From an uncultured cyanobacterium (lineage in GTDB: Bacteria; Cyanobacteriota; Cyanobacteriia; Cyanobacteriales; CAWCAG01), in assembly GCA_963803805.1 (NCBI GenBank), contig CAWDOD010000006.1, positions 1 through 64,000 of the forward strand: a DNA stretch of 64,000 nt, in the 5' to 3' direction. The translations under genes were made by a program, and so were the position numbers. Below the pieces are notes generated by a model. The model did not search any database and was not told where the DNA came from. It saw only the letters and a program-made list of their open reading frames with translations. Positions within the stretch are counted from its first letter, which is position 1; the number at the start of each line of letters is the position of its first letter. This document shows, piece after piece, positions 31,285 through 40,895 of the stretch.

Positions 31285-31839
31285 TTAGGAAGTCTCGCCA
31301 CGTAACTCATCAAGGCGGGCTAAAACTTCTTTGCTATGAACAATAGGTCTAACACCAAGATAGGTTTCTTGTAAAATACCTTGGGGATCAATTAAGTAAG
31401 TATGACGCAGAGAAACAAAACCCATCCAAGAACCGTAGGCTTTGCTAACAGAACCATCAGTATCAGCGAGGAGGGGGAATTTTAGCCCTTCGGAGTCACA
31501 AAATTCAGCGTGGGAGTCGATATCATCTGCACTTACTCCCAGGATTTGCGTATCTCTTTTCAGGTATTCCTCTAAATCTTCTTGAAAGCGTCGCGCTTCT
31601 AAGGTGCAGCCTGCGGTAAAGTCTTTGGGATAGAAGTAAAGGACAACCCATTTACCTCGATAGTCAGCCAGAGAAATTTCTCCATCTCCTGTGTTTGTCG
31701 GTAAAGTAAATTCTGGGGCAGGTTCATTGAGGGGTGGTTGTTTTCCTCCCAAAGCTTGGGCATGAGGAGTTAAGGCAAACAGACTTAAGAAGATTAAGCA
31801 ACTAGCAAAGATGGCACGGAGAAAATTGCGGCGAAGCAT
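31285..31839 (-). CDS. Peroxiredoxin Q (BCP family) with twin-arginine-like signal peptide
   Basis: VLYFYPKDFTAGCT; N-terminus MLRRNFL plus hydrophobic stretch and AQA. Confidence 0.88.
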   Translation of the reverse strand: MLRRNFLRAIFASCLIFLSLFALTPHAQALGGKQPPLNEPAPEFTLPTNTGDGEISLADYRGKWVVLYFYPKDFTAGCTLEARRFQEDLEEYLKRDTQILGVSADDIDSHAEFCDSEGLKFPLLADTDGSVSKAYGSWMGFVSLRHTYLIDPQGILQETYLGVRPIVHSKEVLARLDELRGETS

Positions 31840-32059
31840 AGGGCATCAAGATAATTATTGGTACTTAACACAAGTTTATATTTTATCTGGAAAGGGAGGA
31901 GGAGATAGAATCCCCTAGAAGAGGAAGTAGGCAAGTTTAGAAGTTAAGTAATAAGCAAAAGGTGGTAGTCAATACCAATATTACGATAATGGCCCTTGTT
32001 GAGTAATCTGATACCCTAAATAAGGGTCATTCTCCAAAATAATTCCAAAAGCAATACAA

Positions 32060-32296
32060 ATGAGCAAACACACTTTCAACAGCCAACTCGCCTTTGAAGA
32101 AAAAGCCGAAAAATTTGGCAAACAAGCATTAGAATTAGGCTTGATTCCTAGTTTTACCATCCGCTATTTTTCTGACAGTTGGGAATTTTATCTTCCGGTA
32201 GATAACCAAACCGAATCTACGGCTTTGACTCCAGAAGAAGCATATCTTAAATTGAAAAAAATGCTTGAAGAGTCTGGGGCAGAACTGTTGCAATAA
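32060..32296 (+). CDS. Small hypothetical protein
   Basis: 78-aa ORF with ATG and protein-like composition filling an intergenic gap. Confidence 0.6.
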   Translation: MSKHTFNSQLAFEEKAEKFGKQALELGLIPSFTIRYFSDSWEFYLPVDNQTESTALTPEEAYLKLKKMLEESGAELLQ

Positions 32297-32378
32297 GTGA
32301 TAAGTAACCATAATTACCCATTGCAACAGTTCCTTACTAAGTTTACAAGTAGATACAGTGCTAGAGAGCAGTATAAAT

Positions 32379-32789
32379 ATGACTTTTCAATATACATATA
32401 CCCGGTTGAATGTAGCGAACTACCAAGCTTGCAAAGCTTTTTATCAAGATGTGATGGGATTAGAGACTGTCTATAGTGATGATGAAGATGAATATGCTGA
32501 GTTCGCTACAGGACAAACCAAAATAACTATTTTTAATCGCCAGAAATTAAAAGAATTTATTGGTAATCAGGAAACAACAACCTACGATCCTAGCTATGCT
32601 GGCGTAGCGTTGACTTTTGAGGTAGATAACTTAGACGAGGCGATCAAAAAACTTAAAGGGCAAGGTGTAAAACTAATTAACAATCCTTGGAGTTATCCCG
32701 ATAGAGGTTTTATTTCCACCTGTTTTCGAGATCCTGATGGGAATTTGATTGAGTTGCAAGAATCGATTTTTCAGCAACTCACCGTGTAG
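32379..32789 (+). CDS. VOC/glyoxalase family protein
   Basis: TRLNV, FYQDVMGL, LTFEVDNLD, FRDPDGNLIEL. Confidence 0.85.
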   Translation: MTFQYTYTRLNVANYQACKAFYQDVMGLETVYSDDEDEYAEFATGQTKITIFNRQKLKEFIGNQETTTYDPSYAGVALTFEVDNLDEAIKKLKGQGVKLINNPWSYPDRGFISTCFRDPDGNLIELQESIFQQLTV

Positions 32790-32904
32790 TGATATTTAAG
32801 TTTACCGAAGTAAAAAAAGGTTAAAAGGCCCATTTTTCTAGAACGGATTCCCTCTTCACTACTTTTGAGCAACAGTCATTGGCAGAACTTATCTCCAATA
32901 GCTA

Positions 32905-35013
32905 ATGGTTTATCGAGAATTGATCGATGTTAAATGCAGAAAATTTTCCTTACTACTATTCAGTTTTATTTTAATAGTTTTCCTGGGCCTTAAATCTCTT
33001 ATTTTTATGGTAGGCAGAAATCAAACAGAAATTCTCTGGGATACTTGGGGTGTCCCCCATATTTATAGTCCCGATAGCGAGGGTTTATTTCAAGCTTTTG
33101 GCTATGCCCAAGCTACTAGCCATGGTGATTTAATTCTGCGCTTATATGGGCAAGCCAGGGGAAAAGGGGCGCAATATTGGGGGGAAGATTACCTCGATTC
33201 AGACCGCTATGTGAGGACTGTTGGTATCCCTGCTAGGGCGCAACAATGGTATGAACAGCAAGCCCCACAAATGCAACGCAACCTTAAGGCTTTTGCGGCG
33301 GGGATTAATCATTATTGCCAAGAAAATCCAGAAGCAGTTGCTACAGAATTAAAGCAAGTCTTACCTATCAATAGTGTTGATATTCTTGCCCATATCCAAA
33401 GGGTAGTAAATTTCCATTTTGTAACTAATCCCCAAGAAGTTGCTTCAATCGGTTCCAATGGTTGGGCGATCGCATCCTCCCACACCAATAACGGTAAGGC
33501 CATGTTGCTTGCTAATCCCCACTTACCTTGGTCTGATTTTTACCTGTGGTACGAAGCACATTTGGTTGCACCGGATGTTGATGCTTACGGAGTTGCCTTG
33601 GTGGGAATGCCGGGTTTAGCGATCGCTTTTAATGATCATTTAGGTTGGACAACAACGGTTAATACTTTTGATGGCGCTGATGTTTATGATTTAACTTTAA
33701 CTCAAGGAGGCTATCTTTGGGATGGAGAGATGCGCCCTTTTACCGAAGAAAGTCAAACCATTAAAATTAAGCAAGCAGATGGCAGCTTGCGAGAAGAACA
33801 ATTAACCATTCTCAATTCTATTCATGGTCCCGTTGTCGCTAAACAAAGCAACAAAGCCCAAGCTTTAAGGGTTGTCGGTTTAGATCGCCCCCATATTTTA
33901 GAACAATTCTGGGGTATGGCCAAAGCCCAGAATTTGCAAGAGTTTGAAGCAGCCGTTCAATCTTTACAATTGCCTTTATTTAACATTCTCTATGCCGACA
34001 AAGCAGGAGAAATCTTTTACTTATTTAATGCCCAAGTTCCCCAAAGAAACCAAGGAAACTGGGATTATTGGCAGGGTACAATACCTGGAGATACTGCTGC
34101 TACCCTGTGGACAGAGTACCATCCCTACGAAGACTTACCCCGCTTAGTTAATCCTCCTAGCGGTTGGTTGCAGAATACTAATGATCCTCCTTGGTTAGCA
34201 ACCTTTCCTCAACTTCTCAACCCGAAAGATTATCCTGCTTATCTCGCACCCTCTTCATTAGGTAAAGCCGGAGAAATTTTTCGTACCCAACGTTCCATCC
34301 GAATGTTGCAAGAAAATGCTAACATGAGTTTTGAGGAACTCATCACCTTTAAGTTCTCTTCTCGCTTAGAGTTAGCTGATCGCCTCTTAGATGAATTAAT
34401 CCCCGCAGCTAGGGAGTTAGGCAACGAACTAGCACAAGAAGCAGCAGAGGTTTTAGCAGCTTGGGATAGACAGGCGCAAGCTGATAGTCGCGGTGCAGTA
34501 TTGTTTAGTTTGTGGGCTATGGCTATACAACAGGGTAACTTCTTCGCTACACCCTGGCAAGAAAGCGCCCCCTTAACCACTCCGCAAGGTTTAGCAGACT
34601 TGCAACAAGCAGTGCAAACCTTAGAAGTTGTTGCCGATACAATGAAGTCTCTTTATGGTTCGGTAGATGTACCTTGGGGAGAAGTTGTACGCCTAACCTA
34701 TGAACAATATAACTTACCCGCATCGGGCGCTCTGGGGCTTTTAGGCAGCTTCCGAGTCCTTTACACTGTACCTATGCCAGAAAAGGGCTTTCGTACCTTT
34801 GGAGGGGACTCCTACATTGCTGCTATTGAGTTTGGTGATACTGTCAAAGCGAAAGTGCTTAATACCTATGGCAATGCCACTCAACCTAATTCCCCTCACC
34901 TAGGAGATCAACTTCCTTTGTACCTACAGGGAGAGTTACGGGAAGCTTGGCGCGATCGCACAGAAATTATGGCTAATTTGGAACGTAAAGAGGTATTCTC
35001 ACTTTATCAATAA
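32905..35013 (+). CDS. Penicillin/cephalosporin/AHL acylase family Ntn hydrolase
   Basis: WDTWGVPHI, FGYAQA, GSNGWA (catalytic Ser), LANPHLPW, WLQNTND; N-terminal hydrophobic segment. Confidence 0.88.
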   Translation: MVYRELIDVKCRKFSLLLFSFILIVFLGLKSLIFMVGRNQTEILWDTWGVPHIYSPDSEGLFQAFGYAQATSHGDLILRLYGQARGKGAQYWGEDYLDSDRYVRTVGIPARAQQWYEQQAPQMQRNLKAFAAGINHYCQENPEAVATELKQVLPINSVDILAHIQRVVNFHFVTNPQEVASIGSNGWAIASSHTNNGKAMLLANPHLPWSDFYLWYEAHLVAPDVDAYGVALVGMPGLAIAFNDHLGWTTTVNTFDGADVYDLTLTQGGYLWDGEMRPFTEESQTIKIKQADGSLREEQLTILNSIHGPVVAKQSNKAQALRVVGLDRPHILEQFWGMAKAQNLQEFEAAVQSLQLPLFNILYADKAGEIFYLFNAQVPQRNQGNWDYWQGTIPGDTAATLWTEYHPYEDLPRLVNPPSGWLQNTNDPPWLATFPQLLNPKDYPAYLAPSSLGKAGEIFRTQRSIRMLQENANMSFEELITFKFSSRLELADRLLDELIPAARELGNELAQEAAEVLAAWDRQAQADSRGAVLFSLWAMAIQQGNFFATPWQESAPLTTPQGLADLQQAVQTLEVVADTMKSLYGSVDVPWGEVVRLTYEQYNLPASGALGLLGSFRVLYTVPMPEKGFRTFGGDSYIAAIEFGDTVKAKVLNTYGNATQPNSPHLGDQLPLYLQGELREAWRDRTEIMANLERKEVFSLYQ

Positions 35014-35041
35014 CTCATTGTAGAGATTATTAGTATTCACT

Positions 35042-35765
35042 TTATAGCTTTAAATCTTGCCATTGTTCTTTGGCAAATTTGATTAACTGATTTTTTCTTT
35101 GGTTAATCGAGTCTTGATTCCAATCGTTACGCTCAGTTTTATTATCATCGTCAAAAATAATATCTTGGAGTAACATCAGATTAGCGTTTTTGTAAGTTTC
35201 CTTTTTTTTCTCAAAACCTTTGTTACTCGCCTCAGAATTTAATGTGGGAGACAGTAAACATAAATTACCAATAGAGTGAACAAATTTTTCGTGTTCGCCA
35301 TTAGACATATTATCCCAAGAAGATTCATTAATACTCTGAGGTAGTATATGCTCTATAGTTTTATTGGGATTAGAGTCCCATATTTGACTCCAAATAAGTT
35401 GATTCAGTTGTTTGTCATTTCCCTTTAATAAATACTCTTCATATTTAGAGAAAAAAATATCTTAACTCCTTTTGCCAATTATTATAACAATCAGATTTTT
35501 CAAGTTCTTCAACAGCATCACAGACATAAAAAGTATTAGAACCAACTTGCTTTTTATCTTTGGTTTTTAAACAGACAATTGTTGCCATAAAGTGTATTCT
35601 GTCATCATATTTTTCTCTCGCTTCTTCCAGCTTTCTAATATCATTAAATAATGCCTCTCTCTGCTTCTTTTGCCAACTATAATGACGTTGATATTCAGGT
35701 ATCTTAAAAAGTTTATTACTTAAAATCTCAATTAAAGATTTAAACTCAGGTTGAATTATACTCAT
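35042..35765 (-). pseudogene. GmrSD-type (DUF262 + DUF1524/HNH) restriction endonuclease remnant with internal deletion and frameshift
   Basis: IPEYQRHYSW and HFMATIV (DUF262) but DGQQR is absent; a second frame carries KTIEHILPQ...IGNLCLL...LNSEASNK (DUF1524); the frames join at the A7 run 35451-35457. Confidence 0.8.
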
Positions 35766-35941
35766 ATTTTATTTAGCTTGTTTATGCAACTTTATAATTT
35801 TAGCTGAAAAATCATGTCTAATCATGCGTTAAGCGACATCTATAGCACTCTAGTCTTCCCCCTTCCTCATCATCCCTTACCTTGCGTATTACTCATGTAG
35901 TATAATCGAATAAGTATAGTGGCGCAAAAGGAAACCACACC

Positions 35942-37966
35942 ATGAATACCTTAAGAAACCTACGCAACATTGGTATTTCTGCCCATATCGACTCTGGCAA
36001 AACGACTTTAAGTGAGCGGATTTTATTCTACACAGGAAAAATCCACAAAATTGAAGAAGTACGAGGCGGTGGTAGTGGGGCGAAAATGGATTACATGGAG
36101 TTGGAAACCCTTAAAGGTATTACCATTACCTCAGCCGCAACTACCTGTTTTTGGCAAGATAAACAAATCAATCTTATTGATACACCTGGTCATGTCGATT
36201 TTACCATTGAAGTAGAACGAGCTTTGCGGGTTCTTGATGGGGCTGTTATGGTCTTGTGTGCTGTTGCTGGGGTACAGTCTCAATCAGTCACTGTAGATCG
36301 GCAGATGAAGCGCTACAACGTGCCACGTTTAGCTTTCATTAATAAGATGGATCGTCCTGGTGCAGATCCTTGGCAGGTTTTGCAAGGGTTACAGGAAAAA
36401 CTAAATTTACACCCAGTGTTGTTGCAATATCCTCTTGTCACAGACGAGGGGTTTGTAGGAGTGATTGACTTAATCACTATGAAAGCCAACTACTATGAGG
36501 GAAAGCAGGGAGAAAATGTTGTTACCAAAAAGATTCCCGATGGTTTCTGGCAAACGGAAGCAAAGTTAGCTAGGGAGAAACTTTTAGACCAGGTTTCTCT
36601 ATTTTCTGACCAAATTACTGCTCAGTTACTAGCAGGTGAAGAAGTTTCTCCTACAACTATTCAAGAAACCATTCGGCAAGCTACTTTAAACAGAGAAATT
36701 GTCCCGGTGTTGCTGGGTTCAGCTTTTCAAAATAAAGGAGTACAAAATCTTCTTGATGCGGTATCTTTATACCTGCCTTCTCCTTTAGATAGGGAGGCGG
36801 TGCAAGCGACAGAGAGGATAACCGGAGAAAAGGTAATCATTGAGGCAAATCCTGATGCCCCTTTTGTCGCCTTAGCCTTTAAGCTAATAGAAGACGAATT
36901 TGGTCAGCTAACCTACATTCGCATCTACTCCGGAACTCTGCATCAAGGAGATCGCCTCTTTAACCCTCGTACTCAAAGAGTCATCCGTGTCAGCCGTTTG
37001 ATTCGGCTTCATGCTGGAGATCGGGAAAACCTTGATTCAGCACAAGCGGGGGAAATTATTGCCCTGTTAGGGGTTGAATGTGCTTCGGGAGATACTCTTT
37101 GTTCTGAGGATCTCAATCTTTCTTTAGAGAATATGTTTATCCCCGGACCTGTTATCACCCTAGCAATTACTCCCAAAACCCAGGAAGACGGGGTGCAGAT
37201 GTCAAAAGCCCTCAGCCGCTTCGTCCGTGAAGACCCCACTTTGCACGTTAGTAGCAGTCCTGAAGGAGGAGAAACTCTAATTTCTGGTATGGGAGAGTTG
37301 CATCTCGATATTTATCTTGAACGTTTGCGACGGGAGTATGATGCTGAAGTATATGCTGGTCAACCAGCAGTTGCTTACCAAGAAACTATTACCAAAGCAG
37401 CCCAGTTTGACTACAAACTCAAAAAACAAACAGGAGGCCCTGGTCAATATGCCCACATCACAGGGCATTTAGAACCTTGTGAAGGGGACTTTGAGTTTGT
37501 GGATAAGGTTGTAGGGGGAGCAATTCCTAAACAATTTATCCCTGCTTGTGAGAAGGGTTTCCTGGATGCGATCGCGACGGGTTATGTTCAGGGTTATCCC
37601 GTTGTTGGGGTCAAGGTTGTCCTTGAAGGTGGTTCCTATCATCCCGTTGATTCTAAGGATATCGCTTTCCGTTATGCTGCTAGACAAGCTTTTGAACAAG
37701 CTTTTGCCCAAGCAAGTCCAATTATCTTGGAACCGATTATGTTAGTGACAGTAGAAACTCCTGATCAGTTTGTCGGTAGGGTACAAGGCAATCTCTTATC
37801 CCGCCGTGGTTTGCTGATTGGTTCAGAGGTCTTAACCGATTACACAGTGATTCGCGCCGAAGTACCTTTAAAAGAGATGTTCGGTTACTCCACAGATTTA
37901 CGTTCCCTGTCTCAAGGAATGGCCAATTTTTCTCTGGAGTTATCAGGATATAAACCTACCCGTTAG
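35942..37966 (+). CDS. fusA: Elongation factor G paralogue (stand-alone, outside the str operon)
   Basis: NIGISAHIDSGKTT, KGITI, DTPGHVDF, NKMD, SGMGELHL, EMFGYSTDLRS; no rpsL/rpsG/tuf neighbours. Confidence 0.92.
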   Translation: MNTLRNLRNIGISAHIDSGKTTLSERILFYTGKIHKIEEVRGGGSGAKMDYMELETLKGITITSAATTCFWQDKQINLIDTPGHVDFTIEVERALRVLDGAVMVLCAVAGVQSQSVTVDRQMKRYNVPRLAFINKMDRPGADPWQVLQGLQEKLNLHPVLLQYPLVTDEGFVGVIDLITMKANYYEGKQGENVVTKKIPDGFWQTEAKLAREKLLDQVSLFSDQITAQLLAGEEVSPTTIQETIRQATLNREIVPVLLGSAFQNKGVQNLLDAVSLYLPSPLDREAVQATERITGEKVIIEANPDAPFVALAFKLIEDEFGQLTYIRIYSGTLHQGDRLFNPRTQRVIRVSRLIRLHAGDRENLDSAQAGEIIALLGVECASGDTLCSEDLNLSLENMFIPGPVITLAITPKTQEDGVQMSKALSRFVREDPTLHVSSSPEGGETLISGMGELHLDIYLERLRREYDAEVYAGQPAVAYQETITKAAQFDYKLKKQTGGPGQYAHITGHLEPCEGDFEFVDKVVGGAIPKQFIPACEKGFLDAIATGYVQGYPVVGVKVVLEGGSYHPVDSKDIAFRYAARQAFEQAFAQASPIILEPIMLVTVETPDQFVGRVQGNLLSRRGLLIGSEVLTDYTVIRAEVPLKEMFGYSTDLRSLSQGMANFSLELSGYKPTR

Positions 37967-37974
37967 GTTAAATC

Positions 37975-38018
37975 AAAAAACTGTAGAGGAGTTTTTAAAA
38001 ACATCTCTACAGTTTTTT
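37975..38018. terminator. Bidirectional terminator-like hairpin between convergent fusA and ugd
   Basis: AAAAAACTGTAGAG...CTCTACAGTTTTTT. Confidence 0.75.
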
Positions 38019-38031
38019 AATATTGCTCATT

Positions 38032-38100
38032 GGTCAGGGACTAGGGGTCAGGGGCCAGAGGTCAGGGGAACAATACATTCTTTCCTTTTGACTTTTGACT
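38032..38100. repeat. Short tandem heptamer repeats (STRR-like)
   Basis: Degenerate GGTCAGG/GGGGTCA units and TTTTGAC x2; related units at 39552-39585. Confidence 0.55.
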
Positions 38101-38115
38101 GGGGGCTACTCCCTT

Positions 38116-39501
38116 CTACCTGCCAATACCGATATAACGGAAACCCGCTTTTTCTGCGGCTGCTTTGTCGAGGAAGTTACGACCATCAATAATTACAGGA
38201 TTGTTCATACGCTTAGCTAAAGCTTCGTAATCCAACTCAGCAAATTGCTGCCAATCGGTCACTAAAACCAAAGCATCACAACGATCTGCTAACATATTAA
38301 TCTCGGTTTCTACAATCACCCCAGACAAACCATGACTCATGCCACTTTGAGAAACAATGGGGTCATAGGCTTTTACTTTTGCTCCCAAGCGGTTCAATTC
38401 TTCAATTAAGTTTAAAGCTGGTGCATCCCGCATATCATCAGTGTCTGGTTTGAAAGTTAAACCTAGTAAACCAACTACTTTACCTTTAAGGATCTTTAAT
38501 TCCTTTTGCAACTTTTCTAAAGATATAACTCGTTGGCGCTTGTTAACATTAACGGCACTTTTCAGTAACTCTGCTTCATAACCATAATCATCAGCAGTAT
38601 GAATTAAAGCAGAGACATCTTTGGGGAAACAAGAACCTCCCCAACCAATTCCTGCTTGTAAGAACTTTTTACCAATACGGGAATCTAAACCGATTCCGGC
38701 TGCTACTTGAGTGACATCAGCACCGACGCGATCGCAGATATTGGCTACTTCATTAATAAAGCTAATTTTGGTGGCCAAAAATGAGTTAGCAGCATACTTA
38801 ATCATCTCAGCAGAGTTGAGGTCTGTTTCAACTACAGGAACAGGAGGCAAAGATTTATCTTCGCTAAATTCCCGTGAAACCAAAGGTGCATAAAGCTCTT
38901 GCATCATAGCTAAAGCTTTTTCACTATTACTGCCTAAAACAATGCGGTCTGGGTTAAAGGTATCATAAACCGCAGAACCTTCCCGGAGAAATTCAGGGTT
39001 ACTAACCACATCAAATTCCGCCGCAATTTTCTCCATCACTTCAGTGCCACCACCGGAAGGAATCAAGGATTTTTGCCTTTCTGCCACTCCATCTAAGACA
39101 ATCATCCTTACCCAGTCACCAGAACCGATGGGAACCGTAGATTTATTAACTATTACTTTATAACCATCTTTTAAATGAGCGCCGATTCCCCGCGCCACCG
39201 CCTCTACATAACGGGTATCACTTTCCCCTGTGGGCAAGGGAGGGGTTCCCACCGCAATAAACAAAATTTCCCCATGATCTACCCCAGCTTCCAAATCCGT
39301 AGAAAATTTCAAACGTCCTGACTCAGCAGAAGATTTCATCAAATCCGAAAGCCCCGGTTCATAAATGGGAGATTGTCCTGACTGCATTAACTTAACTTTT
39401 TGTTCATTGTTGTCAATACAAATAACCTCGTGGCCAATATGAGAAAGACATACACCTGTAACCAAACCAACGTATCCAGTACCAATAACACAAACGCGCA
39501 T
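38116..39501 (-). CDS. ugd: UDP-glucose 6-dehydrogenase
   Basis: IGTGYVGL, NKSTVP, SNPEFLREG, GWGGSCFPKD, FKPDTDDMR. Confidence 0.95.
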   Translation of the reverse strand: MRVCVIGTGYVGLVTGVCLSHIGHEVICIDNNEQKVKLMQSGQSPIYEPGLSDLMKSSAESGRLKFSTDLEAGVDHGEILFIAVGTPPLPTGESDTRYVEAVARGIGAHLKDGYKVIVNKSTVPIGSGDWVRMIVLDGVAERQKSLIPSGGGTEVMEKIAAEFDVVSNPEFLREGSAVYDTFNPDRIVLGSNSEKALAMMQELYAPLVSREFSEDKSLPPVPVVETDLNSAEMIKYAANSFLATKISFINEVANICDRVGADVTQVAAGIGLDSRIGKKFLQAGIGWGGSCFPKDVSALIHTADDYGYEAELLKSAVNVNKRQRVISLEKLQKELKILKGKVVGLLGLTFKPDTDDMRDAPALNLIEELNRLGAKVKAYDPIVSQSGMSHGLSGVIVETEINMLADRCDALVLVTDWQQFAELDYEALAKRMNNPVIIDGRNFLDKAAAEKAGFRYIGIGR

Positions 39502-39614
39502 AGAATTAATCCTCAAAGAACAGTAGTTGAATCTGTCAATTAAAAATTGACGGGTAAGGGGTCAGGGGTCAAGGGTAAGGGATAACCTTTCATTGTCAAA
39601 ACTATTCCCTAATT

Positions 39615-40544
39615 TTATTTGCCCAGGCGGTTACTAAAATCTTCTATTGTTAGTTTTAATCCCTCTTTTAGAGCAATCGTTGGTTCCCAGCCAAGAATTG
39701 TTTTGGCTTTAGTAATATCGGGTTGTCGCTGTTTAGGATCGTCTTGGGGTAAGGGTTTATAAACAATTTCTGCATCAGGATTGATCATATTTTGAATGGT
39801 TTGAGCCAATTCTAAAATCGTATATTCACCAGGATTGCCAATATTAACAGGGCCAATACAATCGCTATTCATTAAGCGAATAAATCCCTCCACAAGGTCA
39901 GATACGTAGCAAAAGCTACGGGTTTGAGAACCGTCGCCATATACGGTTAAAGGTTCCCCTTGCAAAGCTTGGACAATAAAGTTACTAACTACTCGTCCAT
40001 CATGTTCTAACATTCGAGGTCCGTAGGTATTAAAAATACGTACCACCCTAATATCTACACCATTTTGACGATGATAATCAAAAGCGAGGGTTTCTGCTAC
40101 TCTTTTTCCTTCGTCATAGCAAGACCGAATGCCGATACAATTAACATTGCCTCGATATTCTTCCGGTTGAGGATGAACATCAGGATCGCCGTATACTTCA
40201 GAAGTAGAAGCCAAAAAAAATCTTGCCTTTACTCGCTTAGCTAAACCCAACATATTTAAGGTTCCGATTACATTGGTTTTAATGGTTTTTACTGGGTTGA
40301 ACTGATAGTGAACCGGAGAAGCAGGACAAGCAAGATGATAAATTTGGTCTACTTCCAAGCGAATAGGTTCAGTAATGTCGTGACGAATTAGCTCGAAATA
40401 GGGATTATCCAGCCACTTAAGAATATTTCTTTTGTGACCAGTATAAAAGTTATCAAGACACAGCACTTCATTGCCCTGCGTCATTAATCTATCGATTAGA
40501 TGGGAACCGATAAAACCAGCACCACCTGTTACCAAAATTCTCAT
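39615..40544 (-). CDS. UDP-glucuronic acid decarboxylase (UDP-xylose synthase family)
   Basis: [42 protein letters not shown]. Confidence 0.92.
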   Translation of the reverse strand: MRILVTGGAGFIGSHLIDRLMTQGNEVLCLDNFYTGHKRNILKWLDNPYFELIRHDITEPIRLEVDQIYHLACPASPVHYQFNPVKTIKTNVIGTLNMLGLAKRVKARFFLASTSEVYGDPDVHPQPEEYRGNVNCIGIRSCYDEGKRVAETLAFDYHRQNGVDIRVVRIFNTYGPRMLEHDGRVVSNFIVQALQGEPLTVYGDGSQTRSFCYVSDLVEGFIRLMNSDCIGPVNIGNPGEYTILELAQTIQNMINPDAEIVYKPLPQDDPKQRQPDITKAKTILGWEPTIALKEGLKLTIEDFSNRLGK

Positions 40545-40767
40545 ACAACTGACTCTATTGGAGTTTAAACCAATCCTAAGTTAACTTTGGAAATGTGGAA
40601 TGTCTAGATAATTTAGTATTTATACAAAGGTTGTGGTTTCATGACTTCATACTTTTTTTGTTTGATTTATAGAAATAGTGTTCCCACTACGGTTATAACT
40701 TTATCGAAAGAGTAATCTGTAAATTGTTCTGGGGATAGAATTTGGGAGATAAACCTTTTTTCTCTAT

Positions 40768-40800
40768 AAAAAAGCCCGGATTGTTATTAATCCGGGTTAA
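40768..40800 (-). terminator. Terminator-like hairpin downstream of opcA
   Basis: A run followed by GCCCGGATT-GTTATT-AATCCGGGT (T tail on the minus strand). Confidence 0.6.
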
Positions 40801-40895
40801 TCAAGCACAATTAGTTGATGAATAGTTTTTAGAGTCAAGGAATTTCCTTTACCTCAACCACAATATCTTCGACACAACAAAAAACCGTATACCTT

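Noticed and set aside
32304-32343. NtcA-like box GTAACCATAATTAC with a TAN3T 20 nt downstream
   Set aside because: A six-base match is expected by chance in 64 kb of AT-rich DNA, the spacing is at the edge of the usual range, and the downstream VOC gene has no evident nitrogen link
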